A DNA stretch of 64,000 bases from a virus (IMGVR_UViG_3300027798_000035:1-64000); one strand, 5' to 3'; shown: positions 26,724 through 37,010, counted from the stretch's first letter. The notes: generated by a model from the sequence alone, not told the origin. Program-made: numbers and translations.

Positions 26724-29407
26724 TATGCACTCCTCATATTCTTTAATCGCATTTCGCGCTCAATAATCATTGTTACCTCACGGGCAATTACCTGTGCATC
26801 AGCCTGTGGGTTACCGCTTCCGTTTACATTAATGATTGGAGCAATATTAAAAGTCGCCCCAGTTGTTAAAGTAGAAATACTCGTGCCGCTACCTTGCGCT
26901 GAGGAACGCATATCAGGGTCACCGCTGTCACTAAATCCTGCGTTTGTAACCACCTGTCGGGCGGCGTCAGCGTTAGTGCTATACATTGGGTCCTTACCCT
27001 TATAAGAACCCCATGCATAAAAGTCTTTACCGCCAGACATTTGGAAGGCGGCTTTCATATTTGCTGCTGGGTCATACAGGTCTTCATTACTAGAAAGACC
27101 AAATTGCTTAAGACGCGCTGGACCAAGATTACCCAACATGTTGATCTGCATGAGACCATACGACAAGTCTTTGGTGGCGGCGTTAGGGTTATATGACCCA
27201 GCGTTCCACCTACTTTCACGGTAGGCAATAGCAACTGCTTTAACTAGGTTCTCACCACGGAATCCAGCGTTGTATGCATATCGTGCTACATCTTCACCAG
27301 TTAATTGACCGCCAGCCTTAGTGGGTGCAGTTGCTGTACCACCAACACCACCTCGTCGCCGTGGACTTCCTCTGCCACCACTTAGCCCAGTAGAGCCAAG
27401 GAACCCACTTGCGCGAAAAGCAGAGATAGCGTCAGCCATACTCATACCCGCAAAAGATGCAGTGGTTACTCCTGAAGTTGTGGTGTTGCCACCGCCATAG
27501 GAGTTACTGGCATGCTCAGTCTTTCCTGATGGACCACTTCCTGATGACATGGGTTCACCACCCCATGGTCGCCCCTGTTTTTCGTATTCAGTACGACCGT
27601 TAGGAAGTTCCGATGGCTGGACATGCCAAGGCTCCCCCATACTGTCAAAGTGCTTCAAACCAAATCGGGCGGCGTTAGCGGTAACCCATGCCAAGTCGCC
27701 AGTTAAGTCAGCGGCAAGACCAATTTCGTGCATTGATCGCCCAGGAGGAGCGGCCTGAGCGCCACTCACATGCTCCCAGTAAGAACCATCCCATTCCCAG
27801 TTTTTCTTACCATTAGAATCAACGGCGCTACTTGTCTTACGGTAACGCGAGCGGAACATAGTTTCCTGCTCGGCCTTACTACGATAACCCGTACCAATAC
27901 CGACCTTGCCACCTGATGCCGCAATTAGTTGATCAACTCGTTGTTGCATTGTGGGGTGCATTTTTCCTGAGCCACCAGAGGGTCCTGGATCACCAGTTCT
28001 ACCGATTGACGGTAGGTTACGACCGGGACCTGGGTCACCATCCATGGCGCTACCAACCGCAGTTGCGGCGGCACCAATTAGCATTAGTGGTACACCAACA
28101 GCGGCTCCAGCGCCAGTAGCAGACAAAGCCGCACCAGCCATCATTGCGGCTGGGCCTACTGCCTTAAGTGCACCACCAGCCAACTTACGGTTAGGTTTGG
28201 TCTCAATGCCTTTACCAATAATCCCTGAGAGCCTGGATTCAAGTCTCCCAAACATCTGTTCAAGACTCTGAGTTGCCTTTTCAAGTTTGGCAAAGTTGTC
28301 CTGTTGAGTACCATAAAAGTCTTCTTCACGGTTAGTTTTAACCTTCATGGTTTCTTCAATTTGAGTAGAGAAGTTATCCTCAATACCCATCATCTGCCGC
28401 TGGCTTTTACTGGCTGGGTCATACATACCCTTGCCACCCTTGGCACCATATTGTTGGTTTGCCATGGCATATTGAATAACTAAATCTTGAGTTGCAGAGT
28501 CAACACCCATGTCTGCCAAGCGGGAGCGCGTGTTACTACCCTGCTGTAATGCTCCACCAGGGTTTTTAAGGTTCATCAAACCTGACGACCTTGCTAGGTT
28601 TTGAATAACCTCAGTACCGCTACGCTGACCACCACCTGGCTTGTACAGACTTTGACCAGTCATCATAAACATACGGTTAGTGGTTTGGGCGCTACCCAAA
28701 CTAGTAAGCATGTTAGTTACTCCTTGGGAACCAAGGCTATATCCCGATAGGGCGTTTAGACCTTCAACGGTAGAAGCATTACCGAGGGCACTAATACCAG
28801 TAGAAGCCTGCATTGCCATTAGATTATTAATACCACCTTCACCAAGGCGATAGTTAGTTAATGGTTGGCGATAGGCATTACGAACACCAGCGTTACTGAG
28901 ACCAGTAATCTGTTGGTACATAACCGACATCTTGTCAGCGGATGAGGAGTACTCATAACCGCGCGCAATACGCGAATCCATTGCCCCAACACCAGCACCG
29001 ATTACATTACCAACAGCCATTGCCCCCATGGCAATACCGCCCCCAGGGCTTTGTTGCAGCATCTGCATTGCAGACATACGACCGCCACCACTTGCGTATG
29101 GATTAAGGCTGTAGTTAGTGTTACTGCCAGTGGTAGATGCTGGTCCACTGTTAACCAGCACTGGGTGTCCTTGCGATCCCTGAGCAACGCCAGTGGTGAC
29201 GCCCCCAGTAGTGCCAGCAGTAATACCCTTTAGAGCCGCGGCGGCCTTAGTTCCCTTAGAAGTAATGGCATCTAATGATCTAGCAACACCAGCAAGAGCA
29301 ACCGATAATGCGGTGGCCTCTTGCGTCATCTTTGCAAGACGACCTTTTCCACCAGTAATGCTAGGGGTAGGTGTAGAACCGTTTCCCGCTATGTTTGGTT
29401 CTGTCAT
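26723..29407 (-). CDS. tape measure protein with M15 peptidase and lytic transglycosylase domains
   Basis: Ala/Gly-rich helical N-half; GYRS..EQ...APPGRSMHEIGLAADL...EPWHVQ; AVAIAYRES...SYGLMQIN...LYDPAAN. Confidence 0.9.
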   Translation of the reverse strand: MTEPNIAGNGSTPTPSITGGKGRLAKMTQEATALSVALAGVARSLDAITSKGTKAAAALKGITAGTTGGVTTGVAQGSQGHPVLVNSGPASTTGSNTNYSLNPYASGGGRMSAMQMLQQSPGGGIAMGAMAVGNVIGAGVGAMDSRIARGYEYSSSADKMSVMYQQITGLSNAGVRNAYRQPLTNYRLGEGGINNLMAMQASTGISALGNASTVEGLNALSGYSLGSQGVTNMLTSLGSAQTTNRMFMMTGQSLYKPGGGQRSGTEVIQNLARSSGLMNLKNPGGALQQGSNTRSRLADMGVDSATQDLVIQYAMANQQYGAKGGKGMYDPASKSQRQMMGIEDNFSTQIEETMKVKTNREEDFYGTQQDNFAKLEKATQSLEQMFGRLESRLSGIIGKGIETKPNRKLAGGALKAVGPAAMMAGAALSATGAGAAVGVPLMLIGAAATAVGSAMDGDPGPGRNLPSIGRTGDPGPSGGSGKMHPTMQQRVDQLIAASGGKVGIGTGYRSKAEQETMFRSRYRKTSSAVDSNGKKNWEWDGSYWEHVSGAQAAPPGRSMHEIGLAADLTGDLAWVTANAARFGLKHFDSMGEPWHVQPSELPNGRTEYEKQGRPWGGEPMSSGSGPSGKTEHASNSYGGGNTTTSGVTTASFAGMSMADAISAFRASGFLGSTGLSGGRGSPRRRGGVGGTATAPTKAGGQLTGEDVARYAYNAGFRGENLVKAVAIAYRESRWNAGSYNPNAATKDLSYGLMQINMLGNLGPARLKQFGLSSNEDLYDPAANMKAAFQMSGGKDFYAWGSYKGKDPMYSTNADAARQVVTNAGFSDSGDPDMRSSAQGSGTSISTLTTGATFNIAPIINVNGSGNPQADAQVIAREVTMIIEREMRLKNMRSA

Positions 29408-29409
29408 GA

Positions 29410-29556
29410 CTACCCTCCATTACTTTGCCACCGTGCTAACTTTCCCCAGAACAGCCGTTCTCTGACGGGCATGTTCTTTATCTCGTTTAAAGAAAATCCT
29501 TTGTAGACAGTGGCTATGGAGTTGTATTCCCAGTATATATTATCAATATTAACCAA
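29410..29556 (-). CDS. tail assembly chaperone C-terminal extension (gpT/gpE'-like)
   Basis: Manually translated LVNIDNIYWEYNSIATVYKGFSLNEIKNMPVRERLFWGKLARWQSNGG; in the +1 frame relative to 29549..30319; no ATG at its 5' end. Confidence 0.75.
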   Translation of the reverse strand: MVNIDNIYWEYNSIATVYKGFSLNEIKNMPVRERLFWGKLARWQSNGG

Positions 29557-30319
29557 ATAAAAGTGAGACCCAGTCAAACATCAATGTAATCTCTTCACCA
29601 CAGTGTCCGCACGGAGCATTCACCTCCCGAGGACTCGGGCCAACTTTGGCGTTGAATACTGCACTGATAATGGTAGAACGATCCGCAATGCTTAGACTTC
29701 GTGCCCATTGTTCTTTGTTAGACACATCAATCTGAGCGCAACGGGCGATCATCATGGTATTTTGTTGGGCTGTATTTTTACCTGAACGACCAATCCGTGC
29801 GCTGTCATCCGAGTTAGGGTGATTCAAGATAAGTGTTGAACCATCCCTGAGGATAACTTTGATCTCCTTACGGGCTGATTCCTGATCTCCCTCAATTGGG
29901 AAGTCGGAATTCAGGTCAATAAGTAGATCGTTTGACTGGTTGCAATGCGGGCACGAGACTTTGAATTCTCGCGTTTCACCGTATGTGGCACGGATAACTG
30001 CCAAGAATAGTAGGTCACGGTCCCCAATAATTAACTCGTTGAGAACTGCTGGAGTTTGCTTAACTGAAATGTCACCAATTGAGACAACAACGCGCTTCAA
30101 CAAGGCAAGTACATACTCACCATAGTTAGAAGTCGTTCGGGCTTCCATACTGGAAAGGAACTCTTCGTCCTCACCAGTCATTTCCCGAACGATTGCATTT
30201 GTAATCCAATCACTTCCTAATTGAATTCCACGAATAAGTTCAACACCTGTGTTGGGTGACTTAGTTATGGTTGGCGCACTCTCCGTAGAGATAGCGTCAA
30301 AACTTTGTACATCTTTCAT
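29549..30319 (-). CDS. tail assembly chaperone (T4 gp26-like)
   Basis: VREMTGEDEE; GDRDLL...IRATYG...CPHC...CGHC; located between the tube and TMP genes. Confidence 0.82.
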   Translation of the reverse strand: MKDVQSFDAISTESAPTITKSPNTGVELIRGIQLGSDWITNAIVREMTGEDEEFLSSMEARTTSNYGEYVLALLKRVVVSIGDISVKQTPAVLNELIIGDRDLLFLAVIRATYGETREFKVSCPHCNQSNDLLIDLNSDFPIEGDQESARKEIKVILRDGSTLILNHPNSDDSARIGRSGKNTAQQNTMMIARCAQIDVSNKEQWARSLSIADRSTIISAVFNAKVGPSPREVNAPCGHCGEEITLMFDWVSLLFG

Positions 30320-30372
30320 ATAATGCTCCTTGTTAATTACTTTTAATGTAGCACTCTAATAAGGGTTATGCA

Positions 30373-30978
30373 TCAGGTTGGGTCCCAATTAATTTCAAAA
30401 CCTTCATGGTTAACTGTCATCTGCTGGATCATGATTGAACTGTTACCAGCATTGAGGTCACCTAATGCAAAACCAGCGGGCCAAGCGTTGTAAATTGTGA
30501 ATTCAAGTTTCTTGTTTCCAGGAACAACATTACGACCAGACGAACCTGGATCAATTGCATAGCCAGCGTTACCGCTACCATCTGCTGCTGCCGCCGAGAA
30601 CGGGTGGTCATAAACGGTAACAATAATGTTACAACGGTAATCATTACGACTGCCAGTGCTACCAGTATTGTCAGCAAGAGCGCCTTGGGTCCAGGAATGC
30701 ATAAATTGCTGCCAGCGCCACAACTGATCCTGCTTTTCAAACACACCACGGCTAAATGTAATGGGGTTGAAGTCAGACTGACCAATCATCTTGTGAGGAT
30801 GAGTATTCATACCACCTTCACGATAAGGGATCATTTCGTTGGTAACACTTAGTCCAGTAACAACGGCAAAACCAAGGTTGCCGATACCCGTGGTAGCGTC
30901 TTCCAGTTCCCCTGTTGGGATAATTTTTACCGTGAATTTAAAGTCACGCAATGGATCGGTACGAGTTAAAACTGCCAT
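30373..30978 (-). CDS. tail tube protein (T4 gp19-like)
   Basis: DPLRDFKF...GF..VTGL......YREGG...ITFSRG...NAWP.....DLNA.....I.....HEG. Confidence 0.93.
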   Translation of the reverse strand: MAVLTRTDPLRDFKFTVKIIPTGELEDATTGIGNLGFAVVTGLSVTNEMIPYREGGMNTHPHKMIGQSDFNPITFSRGVFEKQDQLWRWQQFMHSWTQGALADNTGSTGSRNDYRCNIIVTVYDHPFSAAAADGSGNAGYAIDPGSSGRNVVPGNKKLEFTIYNAWPAGFALGDLNAGNSSIMIQQMTVNHEGFEINWDPT

Positions 30979-30986
30979 GTTTCTCC

Positions 30987-32549
30987 TTAGATAGTTTCAA
31001 TGGTGGTAGTTCCACCAAGCCATTGACTTACATTAATAACAATAAATTCTGCTGGGTACAACAATGACACACCGATTTGTATATTCACTTGTCCGTTATC
31101 AATAGATGTCTGTGTGTTATTTGTGGAGTCACACACAACATAGAACGCTTCGCTTGGAGTACGACCCTTAAGTCCACCTGATCCCCATAGGTCAGCCAGG
31201 AACTTATTAAGTTTTCCAGTAATACTTGCCCACAAACGCGAATCGTTGGGTTCAAAGATGGCAAACTTAGTGAGGTCTTTTGAACCATTCTTGACATAGT
31301 TCAGAGTACGGCGTACGGGGATGTACTTGTCAGGCTTAGTTAAGTTCAAGGTACGGGCACCCTGGATAATGATTCCAGCACCAGGCACTGCCTTAAAGGT
31401 ATTGACACCTGAGTCATACAGCAAGCCGACTGTTGCTTCTGAGAATGTGGTAACAAGCCCGAGAGCGTTACGAACTTCAAGGCTGTAACCTGCGGGGGCT
31501 TTAGCAATTGTGCGCTCTACTTCAGTACGGGCAAACATACCAGCGACTGCACCGCCTGGGAATGTATTACGGATTGCTCCGACACCAGTCTTAGTGGGGT
31601 CAGTCATTATCAACATTGGGTAGTACATTGCGCCATAACCCTGATTAGCATTATAGGTGTTAGCCACTCCCGAGATATCAACCTGTGTGGTTAGTGCTGG
31701 GTTTGGGTCAATGACTACAAACGAGTCTCCGCGAGTATAGGCAATCGCAAGAGCCTTCTTAACAATTTCGGAACGGAACTGCCCAACTGCATTGATAATG
31801 AGGGGCTCAGGAATATCAACCAATTTATCAAGAGCGGCGGAAAACGGGATGTCCCAGTCTGCTGGGGCCGCTTCTCCAGCAGCGGCTGCTCCTTCAGTTC
31901 CACCAGTAAGTGACTTTGTAACAAATCCAGAAACGCTTGCGTTGCTGTAACTGAATCCAGCAGATGCTGATGTCTGTGCAACAAAGTTAGTGATCTTCAC
32001 ATACGAAGAATATGTGTTAACAACAGTTGGTGCGTAACGGCTACTGCTTGGTGATGGACTGAGTTCATTCCATGATTCAACCTCTGAACCATTCAATGAT
32101 ACCGACAAGTTAAATGTTGGGAAAGTATTTGTAGCCACATCCAACGGCGTAGTGCCAGCAGCCGTAGTCAACGAGATGTTGTTACCAAAGGTGCCTGGAT
32201 CAAGAGCCGAGGCGCTAAACAAGGATGCTGATGCAGTACCCGTATTTGCCTTGTAATACATAACCGAACTAGCAGTGGCGGTAACCGCATTAGCGTAGGC
32301 GGCACGAGATGCATAGCAACTACGACCACCATTGGCGAAGAACTGGTATACGGCATATCCCAAGTCGTAAGCCTGATTCAAATCACCAAACTGTGCGGTG
32401 TATGAAGACCATGAAGTAATCATGGTTGGGGTAAGCGGTCCACGAGAGTTAAGACCAACAAAAGCCGCAGTAGCGGTCCCATTGTCTGCTCGTACGATTG
32501 TCTTTAACGGAGATTCTGTTACATAGACTCCGGGGCGGGTATAAGCCAT
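30987..32549 (-). CDS. contractile tail sheath protein
   Basis: YTRPGVYVTE; AVYQFFANGG; KAPAG; GARTL; YIPVRR; FEPND..LW; PAEFIVI. Confidence 0.96.
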   Translation of the reverse strand: MAYTRPGVYVTESPLKTIVRADNGTATAAFVGLNSRGPLTPTMITSWSSYTAQFGDLNQAYDLGYAVYQFFANGGRSCYASRAAYANAVTATASSVMYYKANTGTASASLFSASALDPGTFGNNISLTTAAGTTPLDVATNTFPTFNLSVSLNGSEVESWNELSPSPSSSRYAPTVVNTYSSYVKITNFVAQTSASAGFSYSNASVSGFVTKSLTGGTEGAAAAGEAAPADWDIPFSAALDKLVDIPEPLIINAVGQFRSEIVKKALAIAYTRGDSFVVIDPNPALTTQVDISGVANTYNANQGYGAMYYPMLIMTDPTKTGVGAIRNTFPGGAVAGMFARTEVERTIAKAPAGYSLEVRNALGLVTTFSEATVGLLYDSGVNTFKAVPGAGIIIQGARTLNLTKPDKYIPVRRTLNYVKNGSKDLTKFAIFEPNDSRLWASITGKLNKFLADLWGSGGLKGRTPSEAFYVVCDSTNNTQTSIDNGQVNIQIGVSLLYPAEFIVINVSQWLGGTTTIETI

Positions 32550-32571
32550 GAGTAATCCTCCAGTGGATTAA

Positions 32572-33252
32572 TTAATAGGTTTCGGTCAGATTGGAGTTTG
32601 TATTAGAAATACTACTACTAATTGTGGCGACTCGCTTAGAGGCTACCATACTCGTAGTTGTCATTTCTGCGGACAATTTTAGTGTATATACTTTTCTAAA
32701 TATCCTCTTTCGGTAGCCAGCCTCAGGGTCAAGAAGGTCGGCTGTAACCCAATCAAGGAGATCAAATCTGCGGATGGTTCCATCCTCAGGTACATCTATG
32801 AAGCCATAGCGCAAACGAGCGCGGTTATGGAGCATTTGAGAACTTAGTTGGCGATCATGCAAAGCAGAGCGCGTGTATGTAGATACCTGGTACAGGATGT
32901 CTACTGGCAAGAATTCCGTGGTAGTAACCACAGGAGCAGACGCGGAAAATTGCGTAAAGTTATGATGCTCGCTAGGCCAGTATTCAAGAGAATTTGGTCC
33001 TGTGTATTGTAAGGAAGCGGCCCCACTAGTAGATGCATACAACTGGACTTCTGAATGCTGGCGGTCCAAGGCATGAACAATGTCAATCATTTCAATAGTA
33101 ATAAATGGGTAAGTACGCTCTGTGTCACCCTCAGGGTAACGGAAGAACACCTGTACGGGTCGTGCCGCATTTTTATCATCGGTAACGGTCATTCCCGAGA
33201 AACGGGTTTTTACGGCAGCATCTTCTGCCAAGAGGAATCCAGGGTTGGGCAT
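32572..33252 (-). CDS. tail terminator/completion protein
   Basis: Upstream of the sheath; VFFRYPE...YPFITI...PVDILYQVSTY. Confidence 0.7.
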   Translation of the reverse strand: MPNPGFLLAEDAAVKTRFSGMTVTDDKNAARPVQVFFRYPEGDTERTYPFITIEMIDIVHALDRQHSEVQLYASTSGAASLQYTGPNSLEYWPSEHHNFTQFSASAPVVTTTEFLPVDILYQVSTYTRSALHDRQLSSQMLHNRARLRYGFIDVPEDGTIRRFDLLDWVTADLLDPEAGYRKRIFRKVYTLKLSAEMTTTSMVASKRVATISSSISNTNSNLTETY

Positions 33253-33659
33253 TACATAACCTCGGTTAGGGCATTGTCAATGATTTTAGCAAGAATGTCA
33301 CCACTATTTGCCATTGAACGGACACGACCACCCGCTGCATTATTAGGTCCACCGTACTCAAGTTTCATGTACTTTTGCTCAATGTCAGAGCCACCCTGTA
33401 CGGAATATGAAAGTGATTGACCATCCGTAGAGAGTCCAACCATAAGGTGGGGGGCAACTTCAGCCCACTCGGGAAACATACCTAAATTAGAGCGCGCTTC
33501 TTTTTCATACTGTTTAATGCCATTCATAACGGACCTACTAAATTTATTATCCTTGCCATTAAAGGCTTCAACCATCTGAACAATGGGGTCGTCTTCGGAG
33601 ATAGGTATTAGTGAGTCTTTATTCGCCATAGATTTGATACCAAAGGTATAGAAAGACAT
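33252..33659 (-). CDS. neck/tail completion-like hypothetical protein (start MSFYTF)
   Basis: AAGGAGG RBS; LEYGG motif; located in the head-tail connector block. Confidence 0.55.
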   Translation of the reverse strand: MSFYTFGIKSMANKDSLIPISEDDPIVQMVEAFNGKDNKFSRSVMNGIKQYEKEARSNLGMFPEWAEVAPHLMVGLSTDGQSLSYSVQGGSDIEQKYMKLEYGGPNNAAGGRVRSMANSGDILAKIIDNALTEVM

Positions 33660-33722
33660 AACTACCTCCTTTGAGAATCTAGGCAATGTACATTGAAGAC
33701 GCGCATCTCCAATACATGCATT

Positions 33723-34262
33723 TTATCCTAAATTTGCTATTGATGTAGGCCAAGGAAGGTTAGATACTGAATAAGCCGCGGGACCAGGATCATTGACCAT
33801 TTCCTGTGAGATATAGGTTTCAATACCTTCAACAACAAGCATGACATCATCTCGCGCTCGCCCACGGACTCGGTAGGACACCACGCTGAAATAACGCCCG
33901 TCATACTGGAACATATCGTTAAGACGGTTTTGGTATTCCCAAGGGGCAGAAATACCAGCGGCTCGGAAGTCATCAATAGACGCCACAAAGTTAGTCAATT
34001 GAGTGGGTTGACGGCCCTCAGGAATAGCGCGCTTCTGATCCTCAGATTCCGTGATCATTAGGACAGGAACGACTACACCAGCCTTGTAGCGACGACCACC
34101 ATTACCATAGGTACCTTCGTCGTAAACATCGTCGTAGAGGCTGGATGCTGAGGCGCTAGTGCCCAATGGTACAAACTCATACCATACGATGGCTTCACCA
34201 GCCTGAGAATGGTACGAGCGGTAATGCTTCCTGATGACGGATAACTCTCTGCGGACATCCAT
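33723..34262 (-). CDS. head-to-tail stopper/closure protein
   Basis: YDDVYDEG...R.......VPV...D.F.YDGRYF.V; located after the adaptor. Confidence 0.7.
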   Translation of the reverse strand: MDVRRELSVIRKHYRSYHSQAGEAIVWYEFVPLGTSASASSLYDDVYDEGTYGNGGRRYKAGVVVPVLMITESEDQKRAIPEGRQPTQLTNFVASIDDFRAAGISAPWEYQNRLNDMFQYDGRYFSVVSYRVRGRARDDVMLVVEGIETYISQEMVNDPGPAAYSVSNLPWPTSIANLG

Positions 34263-34267
34263 GGTTA

Positions 34268-35074
34268 TCAGTAATACGCGATGTTAGAGAATGATCCAGT
34301 AGGAATTGCGCCATCAATAAGAACATCCGTACGGAGTTCTTCCTTCTTAATCTCAGTTTCCACAACCCCAGAGTCAATTTCGGGCCACAAGCGCTCAGGA
34401 AATGCGTAGTCCCCAAGTTCACGCGAGCGGTATATAGGTACGAGGTATCCCGTGCTACGAGAGTTACGGCGCAGAGTAAAGACTTCAACGCGATCAAAAC
34501 CAATATTAAGGGCGGTGGCATGTCGCTTGTATTCGCCTTCCCATTGAGACAGGAGGGATTGCACCATGCGGAAACGCTGGCTGGCTGGAATGTGGATGGA
34601 CTCTGATGTCATGACATCAATATCACGACTGAACTCAGTCATTAGCGCCCAAAGTGATTCACAGATCGTAGCAATACCAATGGCATTAATAACAAGATCA
34701 GACAGTTCTTCAAGACGGAACCCTAAGTTACTGGTGTGTTTTTCAATGGCCCGCTGGGCGTAAAAGGTAAGGTCACCTGGGGTAACCCATTCATAATAGT
34801 AACCCTCAACTAACAGAGTTGTACTTGATGACAGCGTGTTAGATAATCGGACAACACCATTACGGGGGTCAATCGTGTATTCGCTGGGAGCCAATGTTGA
34901 GGCTGATCCTGAACCCGAGTACTTGGCAACCCAAATAGTGCTGGTGTCAATGTTGATATGACCCAACTCATATGTGCGACCTACTACAGGAAATGATACC
35001 TGAAAGAACTTCGGAAAGTCCCGTAGATAGGTTCTTGCAATTGTTTCAACATCTGTGATGGTTGCCATGAACAC
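34268..35074 (-). CDS. head-to-tail adaptor
   Basis: LWAL.TE...DIDV.T.E..HIPASQRF; located downstream of the capsid genes. Confidence 0.7.
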   Translation of the reverse strand: MFMATITDVETIARTYLRDFPKFFQVSFPVVGRTYELGHINIDTSTIWVAKYSGSGSASTLAPSEYTIDPRNGVVRLSNTLSSSTTLLVEGYYYEWVTPGDLTFYAQRAIEKHTSNLGFRLEELSDLVINAIGIATICESLWALMTEFSRDIDVMTSESIHIPASQRFRMVQSLLSQWEGEYKRHATALNIGFDRVEVFTLRRNSRSTGYLVPIYRSRELGDYAFPERLWPEIDSGVVETEIKKEELRTDVLIDGAIPTGSFSNIAYY

Positions 35075-35082
35075 CTATCTTA

Positions 35083-35238
35083 CTATTGATCGCCGGAACC
35101 TGCTCCCGGAATTGAGTCTTGGGCGGCCTGATTGACGCCAGGTTGAGTATCACGCAGTCGGTGGACCATAAAACCGCGCTTCAGAATGATCTGCTCCGCG
35201 GCAACATTTTCAATTGGTTCAATAGGTGTATCGCTCAT
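35083..35238 (-). CDS. small hypothetical protein (51 aa)
   Basis: Manually translated MSDTPIEPIENVAAEQIILKRGFMVHRLRD...; ATGA overlap. Confidence 0.55.
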   Translation of the reverse strand: MSDTPIEPIENVAAEQIILKRGFMVHRLRDTQPGVNQAAQDSIPGAGSGDQ

Positions 35239-36647
35239 GTGTGGCGAATAAACCAGCGAACGCGGATGCTCTTAGAAAGGATGCTGAATGCACTAGTGGA
35301 ACCGTTGCTACTAGTAGTACCTGCAACAGTTCCCACATTAATAGTGGTTGTAGTATCACCAATAACGGTGTTTACTGCAATGCTTGTAGGAATAGTAATT
35401 GATGCGGTACCGCCAGTACTAGAACTACCAGTAAGTGTATCAGCAGTTGACCTAATAGCCATACCATTACTACCTTGCTGACTCCACGGTGGGACTACAT
35501 ATCCTGCGGTATCATAAGTATTTGTAAGAGTTGTAGGAAAAGCCGCATTATTTGCCGATTCACCATTATAGGTATAGTGTCTGTGGGCTGTACCACTGAC
35601 AGAACCAGTTAGCGTGGTAGCAGAGGCAGGGTAACCAGTCTTAGTACCAAAACTTGTTGTTCCAGACTTATTTCCAACATTGGTGCTATATGTGTGGTCG
35701 TGGGCGGGGAGTGTAGACAGGCTTAGAGTAGCCGTGTTTGACGAACTTGCTGTCTTTCCACTGGTATTAATTTCTGCTGGGCTTGCTCCAACTATACCCG
35801 TATCAGTAGTTAAGTTTGGCAGTGAGAATGAGTCACCACTTCCACCAAATGTATAACCAATAGCATTAAATAATGCTAGATATTGGTTTGAGTTAGCGCT
35901 CTTAGAGAGAGACTGACCATTACATTCAAGGTAATAAGTAGAGGAAGGTGAGGCGCTGGTGTTATATGTACCAGCAAAAGCAAAGATACTACCAATGGGA
36001 ATCTTGGCGCCTTCAACATCAGTAGTTGTTGATAACGCCGACCAAACACCCGATGTAGTTTTAATGTAGGTAACGCCACCAGAAATAACCGTGTCTCCAA
36101 TAACATCCTTAGCATTAGAGGTGGGGACAGACGCAGAGGCATAAGTAACGGGCGCTGAGTTTACGACGCGTTTATCCACCACATTTGCGGCAGTTAAGGA
36201 ACCCGATGGGATGCGGTATACGGTAGCAATCAAAACATCAGTACTTGGGTAGTAATTAAACCCAACTGAGGCACTAGTACCACTAGCAAGAGTATTGATA
36301 CTCTGGGGTAGCGTAGGGTTAGTATCGCTCTCAGCGCCCGAGATTGAAGTAGTCGTGGCAGTGCTTCCTGACAGGCGAACTACAATCAGGTCAAAGCGTG
36401 TCTGAGTTGCGTCGGCGGGCGTAAAGGAGTTCGCATCAAAAGAATATGGCACTCCATTAATAATGGCTACACCAGCGGCAACACTTACTATTGTGCCACT
36501 TGAAACCGTAACCCCACCGCCACTGCGAATATAATTCAGGGTATTCCCAAGTGCTTCAAAGTCAACCGAGTCGGGTTCGGCTTGGTTAATGTTTGAGTAC
36601 TTGTTAGAGGACCCTGTCGCAGTAGCGTTGGGGACGATCAGTGCCAT
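35235..36647 (-). CDS. virion fibre protein with phage tail-collar domain
   Basis: RFDLIVV; IPIGSIFAFAG...YLECNGQSLS...Y.ALFNAIGYTFGG.GDSFSLPNL; LPAHDH. Confidence 0.85.
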   Translation of the reverse strand: MALIVPNATATGSSNKYSNINQAEPDSVDFEALGNTLNYIRSGGGVTVSSGTIVSVAAGVAIINGVPYSFDANSFTPADATQTRFDLIVVRLSGSTATTTSISGAESDTNPTLPQSINTLASGTSASVGFNYYPSTDVLIATVYRIPSGSLTAANVVDKRVVNSAPVTYASASVPTSNAKDVIGDTVISGGVTYIKTTSGVWSALSTTTDVEGAKIPIGSIFAFAGTYNTSASPSSTYYLECNGQSLSKSANSNQYLALFNAIGYTFGGSGDSFSLPNLTTDTGIVGASPAEINTSGKTASSSNTATLSLSTLPAHDHTYSTNVGNKSGTTSFGTKTGYPASATTLTGSVSGTAHRHYTYNGESANNAAFPTTLTNTYDTAGYVVPPWSQQGSNGMAIRSTADTLTGSSSTGGTASITIPTSIAVNTVIGDTTTTINVGTVAGTTSSNGSTSAFSILSKSIRVRWFIRHT

Positions 36648-36655
36648 TAGTTACC

Positions 36656-36925
36656 TCAGAGGGTGTCGTAGATGTTTGAGTGCTGTACGAGGTATGAGTG
36701 GAGGTCGCGTGGGAGTTTGTAACGCTTACCGTCTACAAAATCAAAAGTCTCACGGCCCCAGTACATTTTCCATGTACCTTTAACGCGACAAGTGATGTAA
36801 TCACTTGCTGGTGCGCTGGCCTTAGACTCAGTGACAGCCTTAGGGGTTTCTTCCAAGACTTCCACTGTTTCATCAATGTCATCCTGTTGTTCTGCAAAAG
36901 CCTGCGTGTTTTTACGCGATGCCAT
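36656..36925 (-). CDS. hypothetical protein immediately downstream of the major capsid gene
   Basis: 89 aa with AGGAG RBS. Confidence 0.75.
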   Translation of the reverse strand: MASRKNTQAFAEQQDDIDETVEVLEETPKAVTESKASAPASDYITCRVKGTWKMYWGRETFDFVDGKRYKLPRDLHSYLVQHSNIYDTL

Positions 36926-36960
36926 GTTTTTCTCCTGTTGTTTGTTGTATGAGATTATTA

Positions 36961-36985
36961 ATGGTGGGGGATTGCTCCCCCACCA
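36961..36985 (-). terminator. GC-rich hairpin after the major capsid gene (weak terminator or 3' stabiliser)
   Basis: Minus strand TGGTGGGGGA-GCAA-TCCCCCACCA then TTAAT; GNRA loop, poor U-tract. Confidence 0.65.
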
Positions 36986-37010
36986 CCAACACTAAATTGA
37001 TCCCGAGGGA

